Positions 1 through 10,907 are shown, counted from the stretch's first letter. The stretch: 64,000 bases of DNA from Caulobacteraceae bacterium (GCA_947475875.1 CANJME010000014.1:12992-76991), one strand, 5' to 3'. The notes: generated by a model from the sequence alone, not told the origin. Program-made: numbers and translations.

Positions 1-16
1 GCGGTTGAAAAGGCGC

Positions 17-1825
17 TCAGTTCCGCTTCAGGGCATCCCTGGCCCGGCGCACCCGCCCGCCAAGCGCGTCCGGTCGGTTCAGCATCTTGCGGTATTCGTC
101 GCGCCGCTCGTGGATCGAGGCGATCACGAGGCCCATGGGGATGCCGATATCCACCAGCACCGCCTCGGAAAGCTGCAGGCTGGCTTCGATGGTTTCCGGC
201 ACCGCGTCGGTGGCGCCCAGTTCGTAGAGCCGCTGGGCATGCCGCGCATCGCGGGCGCGAGCGACGATGGTCAGATCGGGGCGCATCTCACGGGCCGCGG
301 CGACTACCGCTTCGACGCCCTCGGGACTGTCCATGGTGACCACCAAAGCCGGCGCCGTCTCCAGGCCGCAGCGCCGCAGGAACTCGGGGCGCGAGGCGTC
401 GCCGAAGTAGATGGTCTTGCCCTCGCGGCGCGCGGCGGAGGTCGACTTGGTGTCGCGGTCGGCGCCAACCCAGGCGATGCCGTGCGCGTCCAGCATCTCG
501 CCCACCAGCTTGCCGACCCGGCCATAGCCGACAACCAGCACCCGGGGCCCCTCGCCCTCTTCGGCCGGCGCTTCGGCGGGGGCGGGTCCGGCGCGGCCTC
601 GACCCACGCGGGCGGCGATGCTGGCCAGCACCGGGATGGTGAACATCGACAGGGTGGCGGCGACCAGGACCAGATGACCGATCTTGCGCCCCACGACCCC
701 GCCCTCGATGGCGTTGTCGAGAATGACGAAGGCGAACTCGCCGCCCGCCGCCAGCAACAGGGCTGCTTCGCCGGCCTGCCGCCAGGTCAGGCCAAAGCCG
801 CGCGACAGGATCAGCACCACCAGGGCGGTTAGAAAAAAGAGACCCACGGTGATGCCAAGGATCAGCAGCGGCTGCTGGAACAGCAGCGACAGGTCAAGGC
901 CGATGCCGACCGACACGAAGAAGACGCCCAGCAAGAGGCCCTTGAACGGCTCAATGGTCACTTCGATTTCGTGGCGGAACTCGGTTTCGGCGAGCAGCAG
1001 TCCGGCGATGAAGGCGCCCAGCGCCATGGACAGGCCCGCGAGCGAACTGAGCAGCCCCGCGCCAATCACCACGAGCAGGCAGGCGGCCATGAACAGCTCT
1101 TCGCTCTTGGCCCGGGCCACGGATTTCATCATCGGGCGCAGCAGCAGGCGCCCTGCGACAACCAGGGCCATCAGACCCAGGGCGGCCGGGGCGAAGGCGA
1201 TCAGAAAGCGTGGGGACAGCACTTCGCCCGACTTGCTGCTGGCCAGCGCCAGGGTGATCAGGATCGGCGCCACCGCCAGGTCCTGGAACAGCAGCACCGA
1301 AAAGATCGCCCGACCCGCCGGCGAGTGCTGGCGCCGGTTCTCAGCCAGCAGGGGCATGACGATGGCGGTGGAGGACAAAGACAGGGCCGAACCTATGGCC
1401 AGCGCCGCCGGCCAGGGCTGGCCCAGGGCGCGGGCGATCGCGGCGATGGCGACCAGGCACAAGGCGACCTGTAGCCCGCCGAGACCAAACACCAGCCGTC
1501 GCATCAACCGCAGGCGCTCCCACGACAGCTCCAGCCCAATCATGAACAGCAGGAAGACGACGCCCAGTTCGGCCAGCTGGGCCACCTGCTCGGGATCGCT
1601 GATGGTGAAGGTGGAAAGCCAGGGCGCGGACTTGCCCAGCGCGCCCAGGCCGAACGGGCCCAAAACCACGCCGGCCAGCAGGAACCCAAGGATCGGGCTG
1701 ACCTTCACCCGCCGAAACAGCGGCACGACGACGCCCGCCGTGGCCAGGAACAGGACGACGTCCTTGTAGTCATTGGCGGCGGCCTGCGGTTCCAAAAGGG
1801 CTCCAGGATTGAATCTGGCCGCCAC
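17..1825 (-). CDS. CPA2-family monovalent cation:proton antiporter (KefB/KefC-like K+ efflux) with C-terminal RCK/TrkA-N domain
   Basis: This is the C-terminal ~600 codons of the 1352-aa minus ORF. It has a multi-TM Na+/H+-exchanger-like core followed by the Rossmann motif VLVVGYGRVGKLVG. There is no ATG near the N-terminus, so GTG at 1825 was chosen. The rest of the long ORF is antisense to real plus-strand genes. Confidence 0.85.
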   Translation of the reverse strand: MAARFNPGALLEPQAAANDYKDVVLFLATAGVVVPLFRRVKVSPILGFLLAGVVLGPFGLGALGKSAPWLSTFTISDPEQVAQLAELGVVFLLFMIGLELSWERLRLMRRLVFGLGGLQVALCLVAIAAIARALGQPWPAALAIGSALSLSSTAIVMPLLAENRRQHSPAGRAIFSVLLFQDLAVAPILITLALASSKSGEVLSPRFLIAFAPAALGLMALVVAGRLLLRPMMKSVARAKSEELFMAACLLVVIGAGLLSSLAGLSMALGAFIAGLLLAETEFRHEIEVTIEPFKGLLLGVFFVSVGIGLDLSLLFQQPLLILGITVGLFFLTALVVLILSRGFGLTWRQAGEAALLLAAGGEFAFVILDNAIEGGVVGRKIGHLVLVAATLSMFTIPVLASIAARVGRGRAGPAPAEAPAEEGEGPRVLVVGYGRVGKLVGEMLDAHGIAWVGADRDTKSTSAARREGKTIYFGDASRPEFLRRCGLETAPALVVTMDSPEGVEAVVAAAREMRPDLTIVARARDARHAQRLYELGATDAVPETIEASLQLSEAVLVDIGIPMGLVIASIHERRDEYRKMLNRPDALGGRVRRARDALKRN

Positions 1826-1936
1826 TATGGAGGGCGCGGCGCGGCGATGAAATAGGGCTTGCGAGGAAGCCGGCCCGGCGCCTATCCCGGGTGCATGCGC
1901 GAGCACCCAAAGTCCCGGTCCGCCGGTCCGAGAACC

Positions 1937-2368
1937 ATGCTGACGATCGCCCTCCTTGCCGCAGCCGGTTGTGCGCCGGCTGTCGAGGGGCCCGGCGTTG
2001 TCGTCGAAAAGGCCTGGAGCCGGCCGGCGGCGGCCGGCGGGGTCGGCGGCGGTTTCGCCATCATCGAAAACAGGGGAAAGGGTCCGGTCACGGTGGTTTT
2101 GATCACCAGCCCCCAGGCCGACCGGGCGGAATTCCATCAGAGCATCGAGGCCGGTGGAATCTGGTCCATGAAGGATTTCCCGAACGGCATCGTCATAGCC
2201 CCGCACGGAAAGCTGGTTCTCGCGCCCGGCGGCTATCACGTCATGCTGGTCGGCCTGAAGGCCCGCGCCGAGGAAGGCCAGACCATCCCGGCGACGTTGA
2301 CGATCAGGCGAGGTGCGACGACCTGGACGACCGAAGTCAGTTTCGCGGTGCGCGCCTCCCCGCCCTGA
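1937..2368 (+). CDS. Periplasmic copper chaperone PCu(A)C (DUF461 family)
   Basis: Lipoprotein-like signal LLAAAGC. Copper-site pattern H-x10-M ... H-x-M (HQSIEAGGIWSM ... GGYHVM). ATG at 1937 is preferred over the ORF start at 1859. Confidence 0.75.
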   Translation: MLTIALLAAAGCAPAVEGPGVVVEKAWSRPAAAGGVGGGFAIIENRGKGPVTVVLITSPQADRAEFHQSIEAGGIWSMKDFPNGIVIAPHGKLVLAPGGYHVMLVGLKARAEEGQTIPATLTIRRGATTWTTEVSFAVRASPP

Positions 2369-2485
2369 CCCGGCGGATATGGATGACGGCGGACAAATGA
2401 GCTTCCTCCCTAGCCCCCGCCGCCTTGCCGAAATAAGGTCCAGATCGCGAGGCACAGATAGGGTCTCAAGACGAGGGAGAGGGTC

Positions 2486-4531
2486 ATGAACAGACGGGAA
2501 ATCTTGTTGACGGCGGGCGCCATGAGCGCGCTCGGCCTGGCGGGTTGCAAACCGGCCGGCGGCGGAGCCAACCTGGCGGCGCGAAAGTACGGGACCTGGG
2601 GGTTCGATCCGGCCGGCATGGACAAGTCCGTCGGCCCCGGTGACGACTTTTTCCGTTATTCGGCCGGCAAGGCCTTCGACGCCCTGAAAATTCCCGCCGA
2701 CCGCGCCAGCTGGGGCCCGGCCGAGGAACTTAGCGAGCTCTCCAACGCCCGCAACCGGGCGATCATCGAGGACGCGTCCAAGGCCTGGATGCCCTCGGGC
2801 GAGGCGGCCCAGGTGGGCGGCATGTACAAGAGCTTCATGGACGAAGAGGCCATCGAAAAGCTCGACGCCAAACCGCTGCAGCCGGAACTGGCCAAGATCA
2901 AAGCGGCCGACAGCCACGAGAAGCTCGCCACCCTGATGGGCGAGGGCCAGAGCGACTGGTACGGCATGCTGTTCGGCCCCTTCGTCGGCCAGGACCAGAA
3001 AGCGCCGGAGACCTATACGGTTTACGTCAATTCCGATGGGCTCGGTCTGCCGGACCGCAACTACTACCTGGACCCCAAAAACGCCGAGAAGAAAGAGGCA
3101 TACCGGAAGTACCTCGGGACCATGCTGGGCCTGATTGGCTGGGCCGACCCCGCAAAAACCGCGGACGCTGTGCTCGCCTACGAGGACAAGATCGCCAAGG
3201 TGACCTGGCCGCGCGAGGAACGTCGCGACGACATCAAGATGTACAACGCCCACACCATTGACGAGCTCAAGGCCCGCGCGCCCGAGTTTCCGTGGGCCGA
3301 TTTCCTCAAGGCCGCCAAACTCGACACCCTGCCCAAGCTGGTGGTCGGCGAAGTCACCTCGTTCCAGCCTCTGGCCCAGATCTTCGGCGAGACCGATGTG
3401 GCCACGCTGCAGGCCTGGCAGGCCTTCTGGATCACCGACCAGGCGGCGCCCTATCTGTCCAAACGCTTCGTCGACGCGCGGTTCGAATTCCGCCTGAAGA
3501 CCATGAACGGCGTCGAACAGCAGCGCCCGCGCTACAAGCGCGGCGTGGGCGCCACCGAATCCACCCTCGGCGAGGCGGTGGGCAAGCTCTATGTCGCCAA
3601 ATATTTCCCGCCGGAGTCCAAGGCCAAGATGGTCGCTCTGGTGAACAACCTGAAAGCCGCACTCAAGGTCCGCCTTGAGAACGCCGTCTGGATGGCCCCG
3701 GAGACCAAGGTCGAGGCGGTGAAGAAGCTCGACAAGATGAACGTCAAGATCGGCTATCCCGACCGCTGGCGCGACTATTCGGGCCTGACCATCAAGGCCG
3801 GTGACCTCTACGGCAACATGCGCCGGTCGATGGCCTTCCAGTGGGATTATGAGCGCGGCAAGCTCGGCAAGGCCATCTACCGCTGGGAATGGGGCATGAC
3901 TCCCCAGACGGTGAACGCCTATTTCGACGGCACCATGAACGAGATCGTCTTCCCGGCCGCCATTCTGCAGGCGCCTTACTTCGATCCGGACGCGGACCTT
4001 GCCGTCAACTACGGCGCCATCGGCGCGGTGATCGGCCACGAGATCACTCACGGCTTCGACGACCAGGGCCGCCACTCTGACTCCACGGGCGCCCTGCGCG
4101 ACTGGTGGACCCCCGAAGACGCCAAGCGTTACGACTCCCAGGCCGCCATCGTCGGCGCCCAGTTCTCATCCTACGAGCCGGTGCCCGGCCACCACATCAA
4201 CGGCGGCCTGACCATGGGCGAAAACATCGCCGATCTCGGGGGCTTCCTGATCGCGCTGGACGCCTACCATGCCGCTCTGGGCGGCAAGGAGGACAAGCTC
4301 ATCGACGGCTTTACCGGCGACCAGCGCTTCTTCCTGTCCTACGGCCAGTCCTGGCTCGACAAGAAGCGGGACGACGCCGTCGTTCAGCAGCTCGAGTCCG
4401 ACCCGCACTCGCCCGACGCCTTCCGCGTCAACGGCACCCTGCCCAATGTCGACGCCTGGTACACGACCTTCGGCATCAAGCCCGGGAACAAGCTCTACGT
4501 GGCCCCGGAGAAACGGGCGCACATCTGGTAA
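2486..4531 (+). CDS. M13 family zinc metallopeptidase (PepO / endothelin-converting-enzyme-like), exported
   Basis: HEITHGFDDQG zinc motif (HExxH) and GENIADLGG. N-terminal Tat/lipoprotein-like signal MNRREILLTAGAMSALGLAGC. SD-like GGGAGAGGG lies upstream. Confidence 0.9.
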   Translation: MNRREILLTAGAMSALGLAGCKPAGGGANLAARKYGTWGFDPAGMDKSVGPGDDFFRYSAGKAFDALKIPADRASWGPAEELSELSNARNRAIIEDASKAWMPSGEAAQVGGMYKSFMDEEAIEKLDAKPLQPELAKIKAADSHEKLATLMGEGQSDWYGMLFGPFVGQDQKAPETYTVYVNSDGLGLPDRNYYLDPKNAEKKEAYRKYLGTMLGLIGWADPAKTADAVLAYEDKIAKVTWPREERRDDIKMYNAHTIDELKARAPEFPWADFLKAAKLDTLPKLVVGEVTSFQPLAQIFGETDVATLQAWQAFWITDQAAPYLSKRFVDARFEFRLKTMNGVEQQRPRYKRGVGATESTLGEAVGKLYVAKYFPPESKAKMVALVNNLKAALKVRLENAVWMAPETKVEAVKKLDKMNVKIGYPDRWRDYSGLTIKAGDLYGNMRRSMAFQWDYERGKLGKAIYRWEWGMTPQTVNAYFDGTMNEIVFPAAILQAPYFDPDADLAVNYGAIGAVIGHEITHGFDDQGRHSDSTGALRDWWTPEDAKRYDSQAAIVGAQFSSYEPVPGHHINGGLTMGENIADLGGFLIALDAYHAALGGKEDKLIDGFTGDQRFFLSYGQSWLDKKRDDAVVQQLESDPHSPDAFRVNGTLPNVDAWYTTFGIKPGNKLYVAPEKRAHIW

Positions 4532-4550
4532 GCAGTCTGGCATCGTCTCC

Positions 4551-5015
4551 ATGGCTCGTGCGCCCGCTGCTTTGCCTGCCCTCGCGGTGGCGGCCGCCGC
4601 CCTGGCCGCCTGCGGTCCGGACAGGCCGCCCGTCCTGAATATTCCAGAGCCCACGCCCAAGGGCCTCGAGGCGGTGCGCGCATTGGATGCGCCCTTCAAT
4701 GCCGGCGATCCGGCGGCCGGCCGCCAAGCCTTCGTGCTCTGCATCGACTGCCACGACTTCACCCCCGAGGGCATGCCGGGCAAGGGGCCCGGCCTGCAGG
4801 ACATTTTCGGCGCCCCGGCGGCCGCGAAGTCCAACTGGGTTTATTCCGACGCCCTGCGCGCCTCCGGCTTTGTCTGGGATGCCCGGCGGCTGGATGGGTG
4901 GATCTTCAATCCGCACGAAGCCCTGCCCGGCACGACCATGGGCTTTATCGGCATTCGCAGCGATGAGAAGCGGCGAAATCTGATCGCCTATCTCGCCGCT
5001 GTTTCCGCGAAGTAG
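4551..5015 (+). CDS. Class I c-type cytochrome (cytochrome c2-like), exported
   Basis: Heme-binding CIDCH motif and distal PGTTMGF Met ligand region. Signal or lipoprotein-like N-terminus ends in LAAC. ATG at 4551 is in frame within the 4269..5015 ORF. Confidence 0.8.
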   Translation: MARAPAALPALAVAAAALAACGPDRPPVLNIPEPTPKGLEAVRALDAPFNAGDPAAGRQAFVLCIDCHDFTPEGMPGKGPGLQDIFGAPAAAKSNWVYSDALRASGFVWDARRLDGWIFNPHEALPGTTMGFIGIRSDEKRRNLIAYLAAVSAK

Positions 5016-5027
5016 TCCCCAGATACG

Positions 5028-5064
5028 ACAAGCCCGCCGCGGGGATATTGCGCGGCGGGCTTGT
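5028..5064. terminator. Perfect 14-bp stem hairpin between convergent genes (candidate bidirectional terminator)
   Basis: acaagcccgccgcg (5028-5041) pairs perfectly with cgcggcgggcttgt (5051-5064) around a 9-nt loop. It lies 13 nt after the cytochrome c stop. No clear U-tract on either strand. A second 8-bp hairpin sits at 5075-5096. Confidence 0.4.
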
Positions 5065-5236
5065 AAAAGTTTAAGGCGTTTCCTCCCCGAAACGCCGGTG
5101 ATCCCATGCTCTTGTGGCCGGGTCTCTCTCGCGGGACAGAGGGAACCCTCGAACGAGGGGTGAGTCAATCGCCGAATCTTCACAAACGCCTGAAAACCGA
5201 AGGAAATTGCGTTTTTGGGCGCCCAAAATTCGGGCG

Positions 5237-5962
5237 TCAGCCATCCAATTTCGCGAACAACCCGGCCCTCTCGCCTTCCGCGAGAATGAAAGAGGCCGCC
5301 TTTCGCTGACCCGGTGACCAGCCTGCGGTGAGGCTGGCGGCGAGACTGGCCTGACTCTTCAGGATGACGCCGTCCTTGAGAATCTTGAGGTTATTGGCGG
5401 TCAGGGTCGCACCCGTAGTGGTGATGTCGACGATCAGTTCGGCGGTTCCGGCGGCCGGCGCGCCCTCGGTCGCGCCCGCGGAGGGAACGATGCGGTAATC
5501 GACGATGCCGGCGTTGGCGAAGTAGGTGCGGCAGAGCGTCACATACTTGGTCGCAACGCGCAGGCGGCCCCCCGTTCGGGCCAGAAAGTCGTGCGCCACC
5601 TCGTCCACGTCAGCCATGGTGTCGACATCGATCCAGGCGGTCGGCGCGGCGACCACCACATCGGCGCGGCCGAAACCGAGACCCCGAAGGCAGAGAACGC
5701 GCGCATCGACCGTTTCGCTGCGCTCGCGGATCAGATCCTCGCCGGTGACGCCCAGGTGCGCCTCGCCGACATCCAGCGCGGCGGCGATGCTGCCGGCCGA
5801 GAGAAACTGCACCGAGACGCCCGGCGCGCCGGCCAGCTTGGCCGTATAGCCGCGGCCAGAGCCGGTGGTTTCGACCGTCAACCCGGCCTCAGCCAGCCAG
5901 GCCTCGCATTGTTCTTTCAGGCGCCCCTTGGAGGGCAGGGCAAGGATCAGGGGCTCGCTCAT
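5237..5962 (-). CDS. hisG: ATP phosphoribosyltransferase, short form
   Basis: N-terminus [18 protein letters not shown] is typical of HisG. ATGA overlap with upstream hisZ. Sits in a hisS-hisZ-hisG cluster. Confidence 0.9.
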   Translation of the reverse strand: MSEPLILALPSKGRLKEQCEAWLAEAGLTVETTGSGRGYTAKLAGAPGVSVQFLSAGSIAAALDVGEAHLGVTGEDLIRERSETVDARVLCLRGLGFGRADVVVAAPTAWIDVDTMADVDEVAHDFLARTGGRLRVATKYVTLCRTYFANAGIVDYRIVPSAGATEGAPAAGTAELIVDITTTGATLTANNLKILKDGVILKSQASLAASLTAGWSPGQRKAASFILAEGERAGLFAKLDG

Positions 5963-7077
5963 CGGGCGCCCTTCCAGGCCCGCGCCGGGCGGACCATGCA
6001 GCCGACAGCGCTCGAGGACTTGCCGCCGAGCTGAAAGGTCAGGCCGTCGTACCGGCCGCCGGCGGCCACGGGCGCATCGGCCGGCAGCGTGGCTGAAATG
6101 ATCTCGAACAGGAAGCCGTCATAGTAGCCGAAGGCCCGGGCAAATCGGGTGGAGAAAACAATCTTCGCGGAGTCGAGGCCCGCCTGGGTGAGACGCTCCA
6201 GCCGCCGGGCCCAGGCCGCCTCTCCGGCGGCGGCGACCGCGCCTCCGGCGAATTCGCCGACCGCGCTCAGCACCTGACGCGGTGCGCCGGTCAGGCCGAG
6301 GTAGTGGTCGATGGCCGCCAGCTGGGCGGCGGTGAGGCGCGGCGCCCTGGCGGCGCTGGCGCGTTCGGCCAGGCGTTCGGCGATTTCCGCGGCGCCGCGC
6401 CCGCCAACGGGTTCCAGACCCTCAGCGGCCCAGAGTTGCTCGATGGCGGCGACAGCCTTGCCCATGGGCATGGCCGCGACCTCGGCGGCTTTGCCGGTCA
6501 GGGGTTCGGCCCCGCCGGCGCGTTCCAGCAGCGCGGCCAGCTGGCGCGGACGGCCGAGCGAACGGGTCAGGCGACCGCACACCGCCTCGGGGATATCGAG
6601 CGCCTTCAGCACGGCGCCGAACAGGGCCACGTCGCCCAGGCGCAGCGCCAGGTCATCGCGTCCGCCCGCGCCGGCGGCAATCCAGGCGGCGTTGACGATT
6701 TCGGCGTCGGCGCCCGCATCGGACGCTTCGCCCAACATCTCGGCACCCATTTGCAGAAATTCTTCCGGGTGCTCTTCGCCCCTGCCTTCCGGCGCTACGC
6801 GGAAGGCGCGGCCTTCGTAGCGATAGCGGCCGGCCGCAGAGCCGCTCTGCATATGAGCACGGGCCACTGCGACAGTGAAGTCCGGGCGCAGGCAGGCTTC
6901 GCGGCCGCCTTCGTCCTGGACGATGAACAGGCGCGCGCGCATGGCCTCGCCGGCGAGGTCGAGCATGACGTTCAGGGGCTGGATGACCGGCGGATCGATT
7001 GCTTCCGCGCCCAGGGCCGCGAGCGGCGCGCGGACGGCGTCCAGCACTTCAGAAGGAACGGGCGGTTCGCAGCGCAT
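5959..7077 (-). CDS. hisZ: ATP phosphoribosyltransferase regulatory subunit (HisRS paralogue)
   Basis: HisRS-like catalytic core without an anticodon-binding domain, positioned between hisS and hisG. The ATG at 7077 forms an ATGA overlap with the hisS stop, so the ORF-track start at 7161 is probably too long. Confidence 0.85.
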   Translation of the reverse strand: MRCEPPVPSEVLDAVRAPLAALGAEAIDPPVIQPLNVMLDLAGEAMRARLFIVQDEGGREACLRPDFTVAVARAHMQSGSAAGRYRYEGRAFRVAPEGRGEEHPEEFLQMGAEMLGEASDAGADAEIVNAAWIAAGAGGRDDLALRLGDVALFGAVLKALDIPEAVCGRLTRSLGRPRQLAALLERAGGAEPLTGKAAEVAAMPMGKAVAAIEQLWAAEGLEPVGGRGAAEIAERLAERASAARAPRLTAAQLAAIDHYLGLTGAPRQVLSAVGEFAGGAVAAAGEAAWARRLERLTQAGLDSAKIVFSTRFARAFGYYDGFLFEIISATLPADAPVAAGGRYDGLTFQLGGKSSSAVGCMVRPARAWKGAR

Positions 7078-8549
7078 CAGACCCGGCCCACGATCTTCCG
7101 GACGGCAGCGACCAGCTCGCTTCTCGCAACGGTCTGCTGGCCCGGGCGGGCGGCCTGCCACTGTTCGTTGCTGGAAACACCCGCCGCCAGTTCCCGGCCG
7201 AGATCCAGGTCCTTGATGGTGACGGTTCCGGCTGCGAGTTCATCGCCGCCGATGATGACTGCGGCAGGCGAGGCGCGGCGATCGGCGTACTTCATCTGCG
7301 CCTTCATGCCGGACGACCCCAGATAAACCTCGGCGGCGATGCCGGCGGCGCGCAGCTCGGCGCTGACGGCGAAATACTCTGGCATGGCGGCCTCGTCGAA
7401 AACGATGACCACCACCGGGCCGCGCCGCTCGGGGCCCGTGCGGCCGGCAGCGGCGAGAGCTGCGGCCAGGCGCGAGACGCCGAAAGAAAATCCGGTGGCA
7501 GGCGTCACTTCGCCAGTGAAGCGGGCGACCAGGTCGTCATAGCGTCCGCCGCCGCCGATCGAACCGAAGCGCGCCGGCTTTCCGGCCTCGTCGAGGATGT
7601 CCAGGGTCAGCTCGGCCTCGAAGACCGCGCCGGTATAGTATTCCAGGCCGCGAACGACGGAGGGCTCGATCACCGCCCGGTCCTCGCCGACGTCGAGGGA
7701 GCTGAGCGCGGCGGCGATTTTCGACAGTTCGAGCAGCCCTTCCTCGCCCTCTGCCGAGGCGCCGATCACGCCCGAGAGGCGGTCCAGCACTTCAGAGCGC
7801 GAGCCGCCGCCGCCGGCGGTGAAGGCCAGCACCTGCTCTGCCGCCTTGGCGGAAAGGCCCGCGCCGGGCGTGAAGGCCCCGGACTCGTCCTTGCGGCCCG
7901 CGCCGAGCAGCAGGCGCACCCCGTCCGGCCCCAGCCGGTCGAGCTTGTCGACGGCGCGCAGCACGCCGAGCTTCTGACCGGCGTCGGCGCCCACGGTGGT
8001 CAAAAGGCCGTTGAGCAGTTTGCGATTGTTGATCTTGATGACCGCCTGGCCGCGCGGCAGGCCGGCGGCCTCCAGGCCCTCGACCGCCATGGCGATGATC
8101 TCGGCGTCGGCCTCGGGACGGGCCGAGCCGACGGTATCAGCGTCGCACTGGACGAATTCGCGGAAGCGCCCCGGGCCCGGCTTTTCGTTGCGCCAGACCG
8201 TGCCGACGGCATAGCGGCGGAACGGCTTGGGCAGGGTCTGCCAGTTTTCGGCGGCAAAGCGGGCCAGCGGCGCGGTCAGGTCATAGCGCAGCGCCATCCA
8301 CTGTTCGTCATCGTCCTGCAGCGCAAAGACTCCGGCGTTGGGGCGCTCGGCGTCCGGCAGGAACTTGCCCAGGGCATCGGCGTATTCGAAGCCGCCGGTG
8401 TCCAGGGCCTCAAAGCCATAGCGGTCATAGACGGCGGACACCGCCTCGATGATCGCCTTTTGCGCGGCGATGTCGGCGGCCCGGCGGTCGGCAAACCCCT
8501 TCGGGGCGCGGGCCTCGGGGCGGAAGGTTGGGTTGTTATCGTCGGTCAT
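7077..8549 (-). CDS. hisS: Histidine--tRNA ligase
   Basis: Full-length class II aaRS HisRS pattern (FRYERPQ-like RNEKPGPGRFREF, GGGRYD motif). Confidence 0.95.
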   Translation of the reverse strand: MTDDNNPTFRPEARAPKGFADRRAADIAAQKAIIEAVSAVYDRYGFEALDTGGFEYADALGKFLPDAERPNAGVFALQDDDEQWMALRYDLTAPLARFAAENWQTLPKPFRRYAVGTVWRNEKPGPGRFREFVQCDADTVGSARPEADAEIIAMAVEGLEAAGLPRGQAVIKINNRKLLNGLLTTVGADAGQKLGVLRAVDKLDRLGPDGVRLLLGAGRKDESGAFTPGAGLSAKAAEQVLAFTAGGGGSRSEVLDRLSGVIGASAEGEEGLLELSKIAAALSSLDVGEDRAVIEPSVVRGLEYYTGAVFEAELTLDILDEAGKPARFGSIGGGGRYDDLVARFTGEVTPATGFSFGVSRLAAALAAAGRTGPERRGPVVVIVFDEAAMPEYFAVSAELRAAGIAAEVYLGSSGMKAQMKYADRRASPAAVIIGGDELAAGTVTIKDLDLGRELAAGVSSNEQWQAARPGQQTVARSELVAAVRKIVGRV

Positions 8550-8742
8550 GGTCTTCGCCTTGGATAGCAGGATTCGAGGGCGAACGCGTCACGCGTCCAG
8601 GTTCGGGTCCGGCGGGGCGAAGGGCGGCGTCAGATCAGGCCACGCGCTCTTCGACCCGCTGGCGATGGCGGGTGGAATGGGCGTGAGGATGATGCGACAG
8701 GGCCGTCATGGGCGCGGCGTTTAGCTGAGAAGTGTGAAGGGT

Positions 8743-10263
8743 TCAATCATGCGAACGAACCCGTTCGATAAGCGCCGCCGTCGAAGGATCGTGGCGGCCG
8801 GCCCCCCCGCTCCCCAACTCTCCGAGAATCTTTCCCGCCAACGCCTTGCCCAGCTCCACGCCCCACTGGTCGAAGCTGTTGATACCCCAGACGGCGCCCT
8901 CAACGAAAACCTTGTGCTCATAGAGGGCGATCAGGGCGCCGAGGCTGGCGGGATCGAGGCGGTCCAGCAGGATCAGGCTTGAGGGCCGGTTGCCATCGAA
9001 CCGGCGGTGGAGCTTTTTTGCTTTGGCCCCGACCATCAGCGCCTCGGCCTGGGCGAGGCAATTGGCCAGCAGCATGGCCTGTTGTTCGGGCGGGCCTTCG
9101 GAGGCGTGGCGCACGGCGATGAACTCGACGGGGATGATGTCGGTTCCCTGATGCAGCATCTGGAAAAAGGCGTGCTGGCCGTTGGTGCCGGCATCGCCGA
9201 ACACCACGCCGGCGGTGGAGCGGTCGGCAGGCTTGCCGTTGGATTCCATCTCCAGCTGCTGGAGGAAGGCGGGCAAGAGCCGAAGGCGCTGGGCATAGGG
9301 GACCACGGCGCGGGCGCGGCGATCGAGGCCATTGCGGTTGTAGATATTGGAAAGCGCCAGGAGCACCGGCGCGTTGCACTCCAGCGGCGCTGTGGCGAAA
9401 TGCCGGTCCATGGCCGCCGCGCCGGCGAGGAAGTGTTCGAAGGCTTCCCACCCGAGGGCGGTGGCGACGGAGAGGCCCACCGCCGACCAGACCGAGAATC
9501 GCCCGCCGACCCAGTCGCGGAAGCCGAATACCCGCTCGGCCGGAATGCCGAAAGCGGCGGTGGCTTCGAGATTGGTGGAGACGGCGGCCAGGTGCTTCTT
9601 CGTGTCGGGCTCGCCCAGCCTCGCTTCGAGCCACGCGCGGGCCGCGCGAGCGTTGGCCATGGTCTCAGCGGTGGTGAAGGTCTTGGAGACGACGATGACC
9701 AGGGTGCGGGAGGCATCGAGCGGGGCCAGGGCGGCGGCGATCTCGGCGGGATCGACGTTGGCCGCGAAGGAAAGGCCGATCCCGGGCGTGAGCGGCTTCA
9801 GCGCTTCCCAGATGAGGCGCGGTCCAAGGTCCGAGCCGCCGATGCCGATGTGCAGGATGTGGCTGAAGGGTTTGCCGTCGGCGGCGGCAATTCGCCCCGA
9901 CCTCACGCCCTCTGAAAATGCGCGCATGGCGGCGCGGCTTTTGAGCACCTCATCCCGTTGCGGCTCACCGTCTCGCGCCCGCAAGGCCGTGTGCAGGGCG
10001 GCCCGGCCCTCGGTGACGTTGACCGCCTCACCCGCAAACAGGGCCGCGCGCTTTGTCTCGACCTCCGCCGCGCGCGCCCAGGAAAGGACCGCCTCGAAAC
10101 CTGCCCGCGACCAGGCCTGTTTGGAGAAATCGAGGTGCAGGCCGGCGGCGTCGAGCGTCAACCGCTGCAGCCGGTCGGGTTCAGCGGCGAACAGGTCCGC
10201 GATCCGCGGCCGTTCGCGCGCGGTGTGCATCAAGGCTTTGCGGGCGTCTGAAACAGCAGTCAT
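8743..10263 (-). CDS. pgi: Glucose-6-phosphate isomerase
   Basis: PGI family sequence throughout (IGIGGSDLGP and the EMESNGK region). The ORF-track start at 10281 is TTG. ATG at 10263 (MTAVSD) is preferred. Confidence 0.9.
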   Translation of the reverse strand: MTAVSDARKALMHTARERPRIADLFAAEPDRLQRLTLDAAGLHLDFSKQAWSRAGFEAVLSWARAAEVETKRAALFAGEAVNVTEGRAALHTALRARDGEPQRDEVLKSRAAMRAFSEGVRSGRIAAADGKPFSHILHIGIGGSDLGPRLIWEALKPLTPGIGLSFAANVDPAEIAAALAPLDASRTLVIVVSKTFTTAETMANARAARAWLEARLGEPDTKKHLAAVSTNLEATAAFGIPAERVFGFRDWVGGRFSVWSAVGLSVATALGWEAFEHFLAGAAAMDRHFATAPLECNAPVLLALSNIYNRNGLDRRARAVVPYAQRLRLLPAFLQQLEMESNGKPADRSTAGVVFGDAGTNGQHAFFQMLHQGTDIIPVEFIAVRHASEGPPEQQAMLLANCLAQAEALMVGAKAKKLHRRFDGNRPSSLILLDRLDPASLGALIALYEHKVFVEGAVWGINSFDQWGVELGKALAGKILGELGSGGAGRHDPSTAALIERVRSHD

Positions 10264-10338
10264 CGGGCTTTTGATAAGCAATCGTTAACCAGGTCGCGCG
10301 CTACTCATAGACGGATTCTCTTAAGAGAAGGATCAGCC

Positions 10339-10830
10339 ATGTCCTGCGATGCCGTCTCCGCGCTTTTTCTGATGTTCACCGCCGCCGGACCGGTTCCGGA
10401 CGCGCCCGCCCGCCTGGTTCACATCGCGGATTTCGCCGCGGTTCCCTCGCCCCCCGCCTCGGTGGCGCGCGAGCCGATGTTCGCCGAAATCATCGCCCGG
10501 GCCAGCGGTCTGAATGCGCGCGTCACCGCCCTGCGCGAGGCGCTGAAGACCAGTTCGGGCGGAAATCCGGCGGGATACGCGGCCTTCAAGACTGAAATCG
10601 CCGCCCTGGCGGTGGCCGACCAGGCCGGTTCGGACGAGCTTCGTAAGCGTGGCGGCGACTCCGACCTGAAATGCATCCTGCACGGCATCGCCCAGGATCT
10701 GCCCAAGCGCCTGGCCGAATTTGAAACCGCCTCGACCGCGGTCGACAAGGACAAGGCGCTGCGCGAAATGTCCTACCTGCTGCGCGATAATGTCGAGGTC
10801 ATCACCGCCCCGCCGGCCCCGCCGGTCTAG
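10339..10830 (+). CDS. Hypothetical protein, 163 aa
   Basis: ATG with GAAGGA upstream. High third-position GC consistent with coding. The opposing 181-aa ORF is Arg/Gly-rich, an artefact pattern. No motif recognised. Confidence 0.5.
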   Translation: MSCDAVSALFLMFTAAGPVPDAPARLVHIADFAAVPSPPASVAREPMFAEIIARASGLNARVTALREALKTSSGGNPAGYAAFKTEIAALAVADQAGSDELRKRGGDSDLKCILHGIAQDLPKRLAEFETASTAVDKDKALREMSYLLRDNVEVITAPPAPPV

Positions 10831-10907
10831 AACGCATCGCGTTCCAGACCTAAACGTCTGAGCGCGTTGTCGCCGCAAAACCGGTAGCCACTTTTGCGCA
10901 ACGCGCT

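Noticed and set aside
1826-4075. Upstream 750 codons of the 1352-aa minus-strand ORF (17..4075)
   Set aside because: Only the last ~600 codons look like a real transporter. The rest is Arg/Gly/Ala-rich and lies antisense to two well-supported plus-strand genes (PCuAC and the M13 peptidase). This is a typical stop-free antisense frame in high-GC DNA.
6999-8567. 522-aa plus-strand ORF
   Set aside because: It lies antisense to hisS, which has unmistakable HisRS motifs. Its composition is the Arg/Gly/Ala-rich artefact type.
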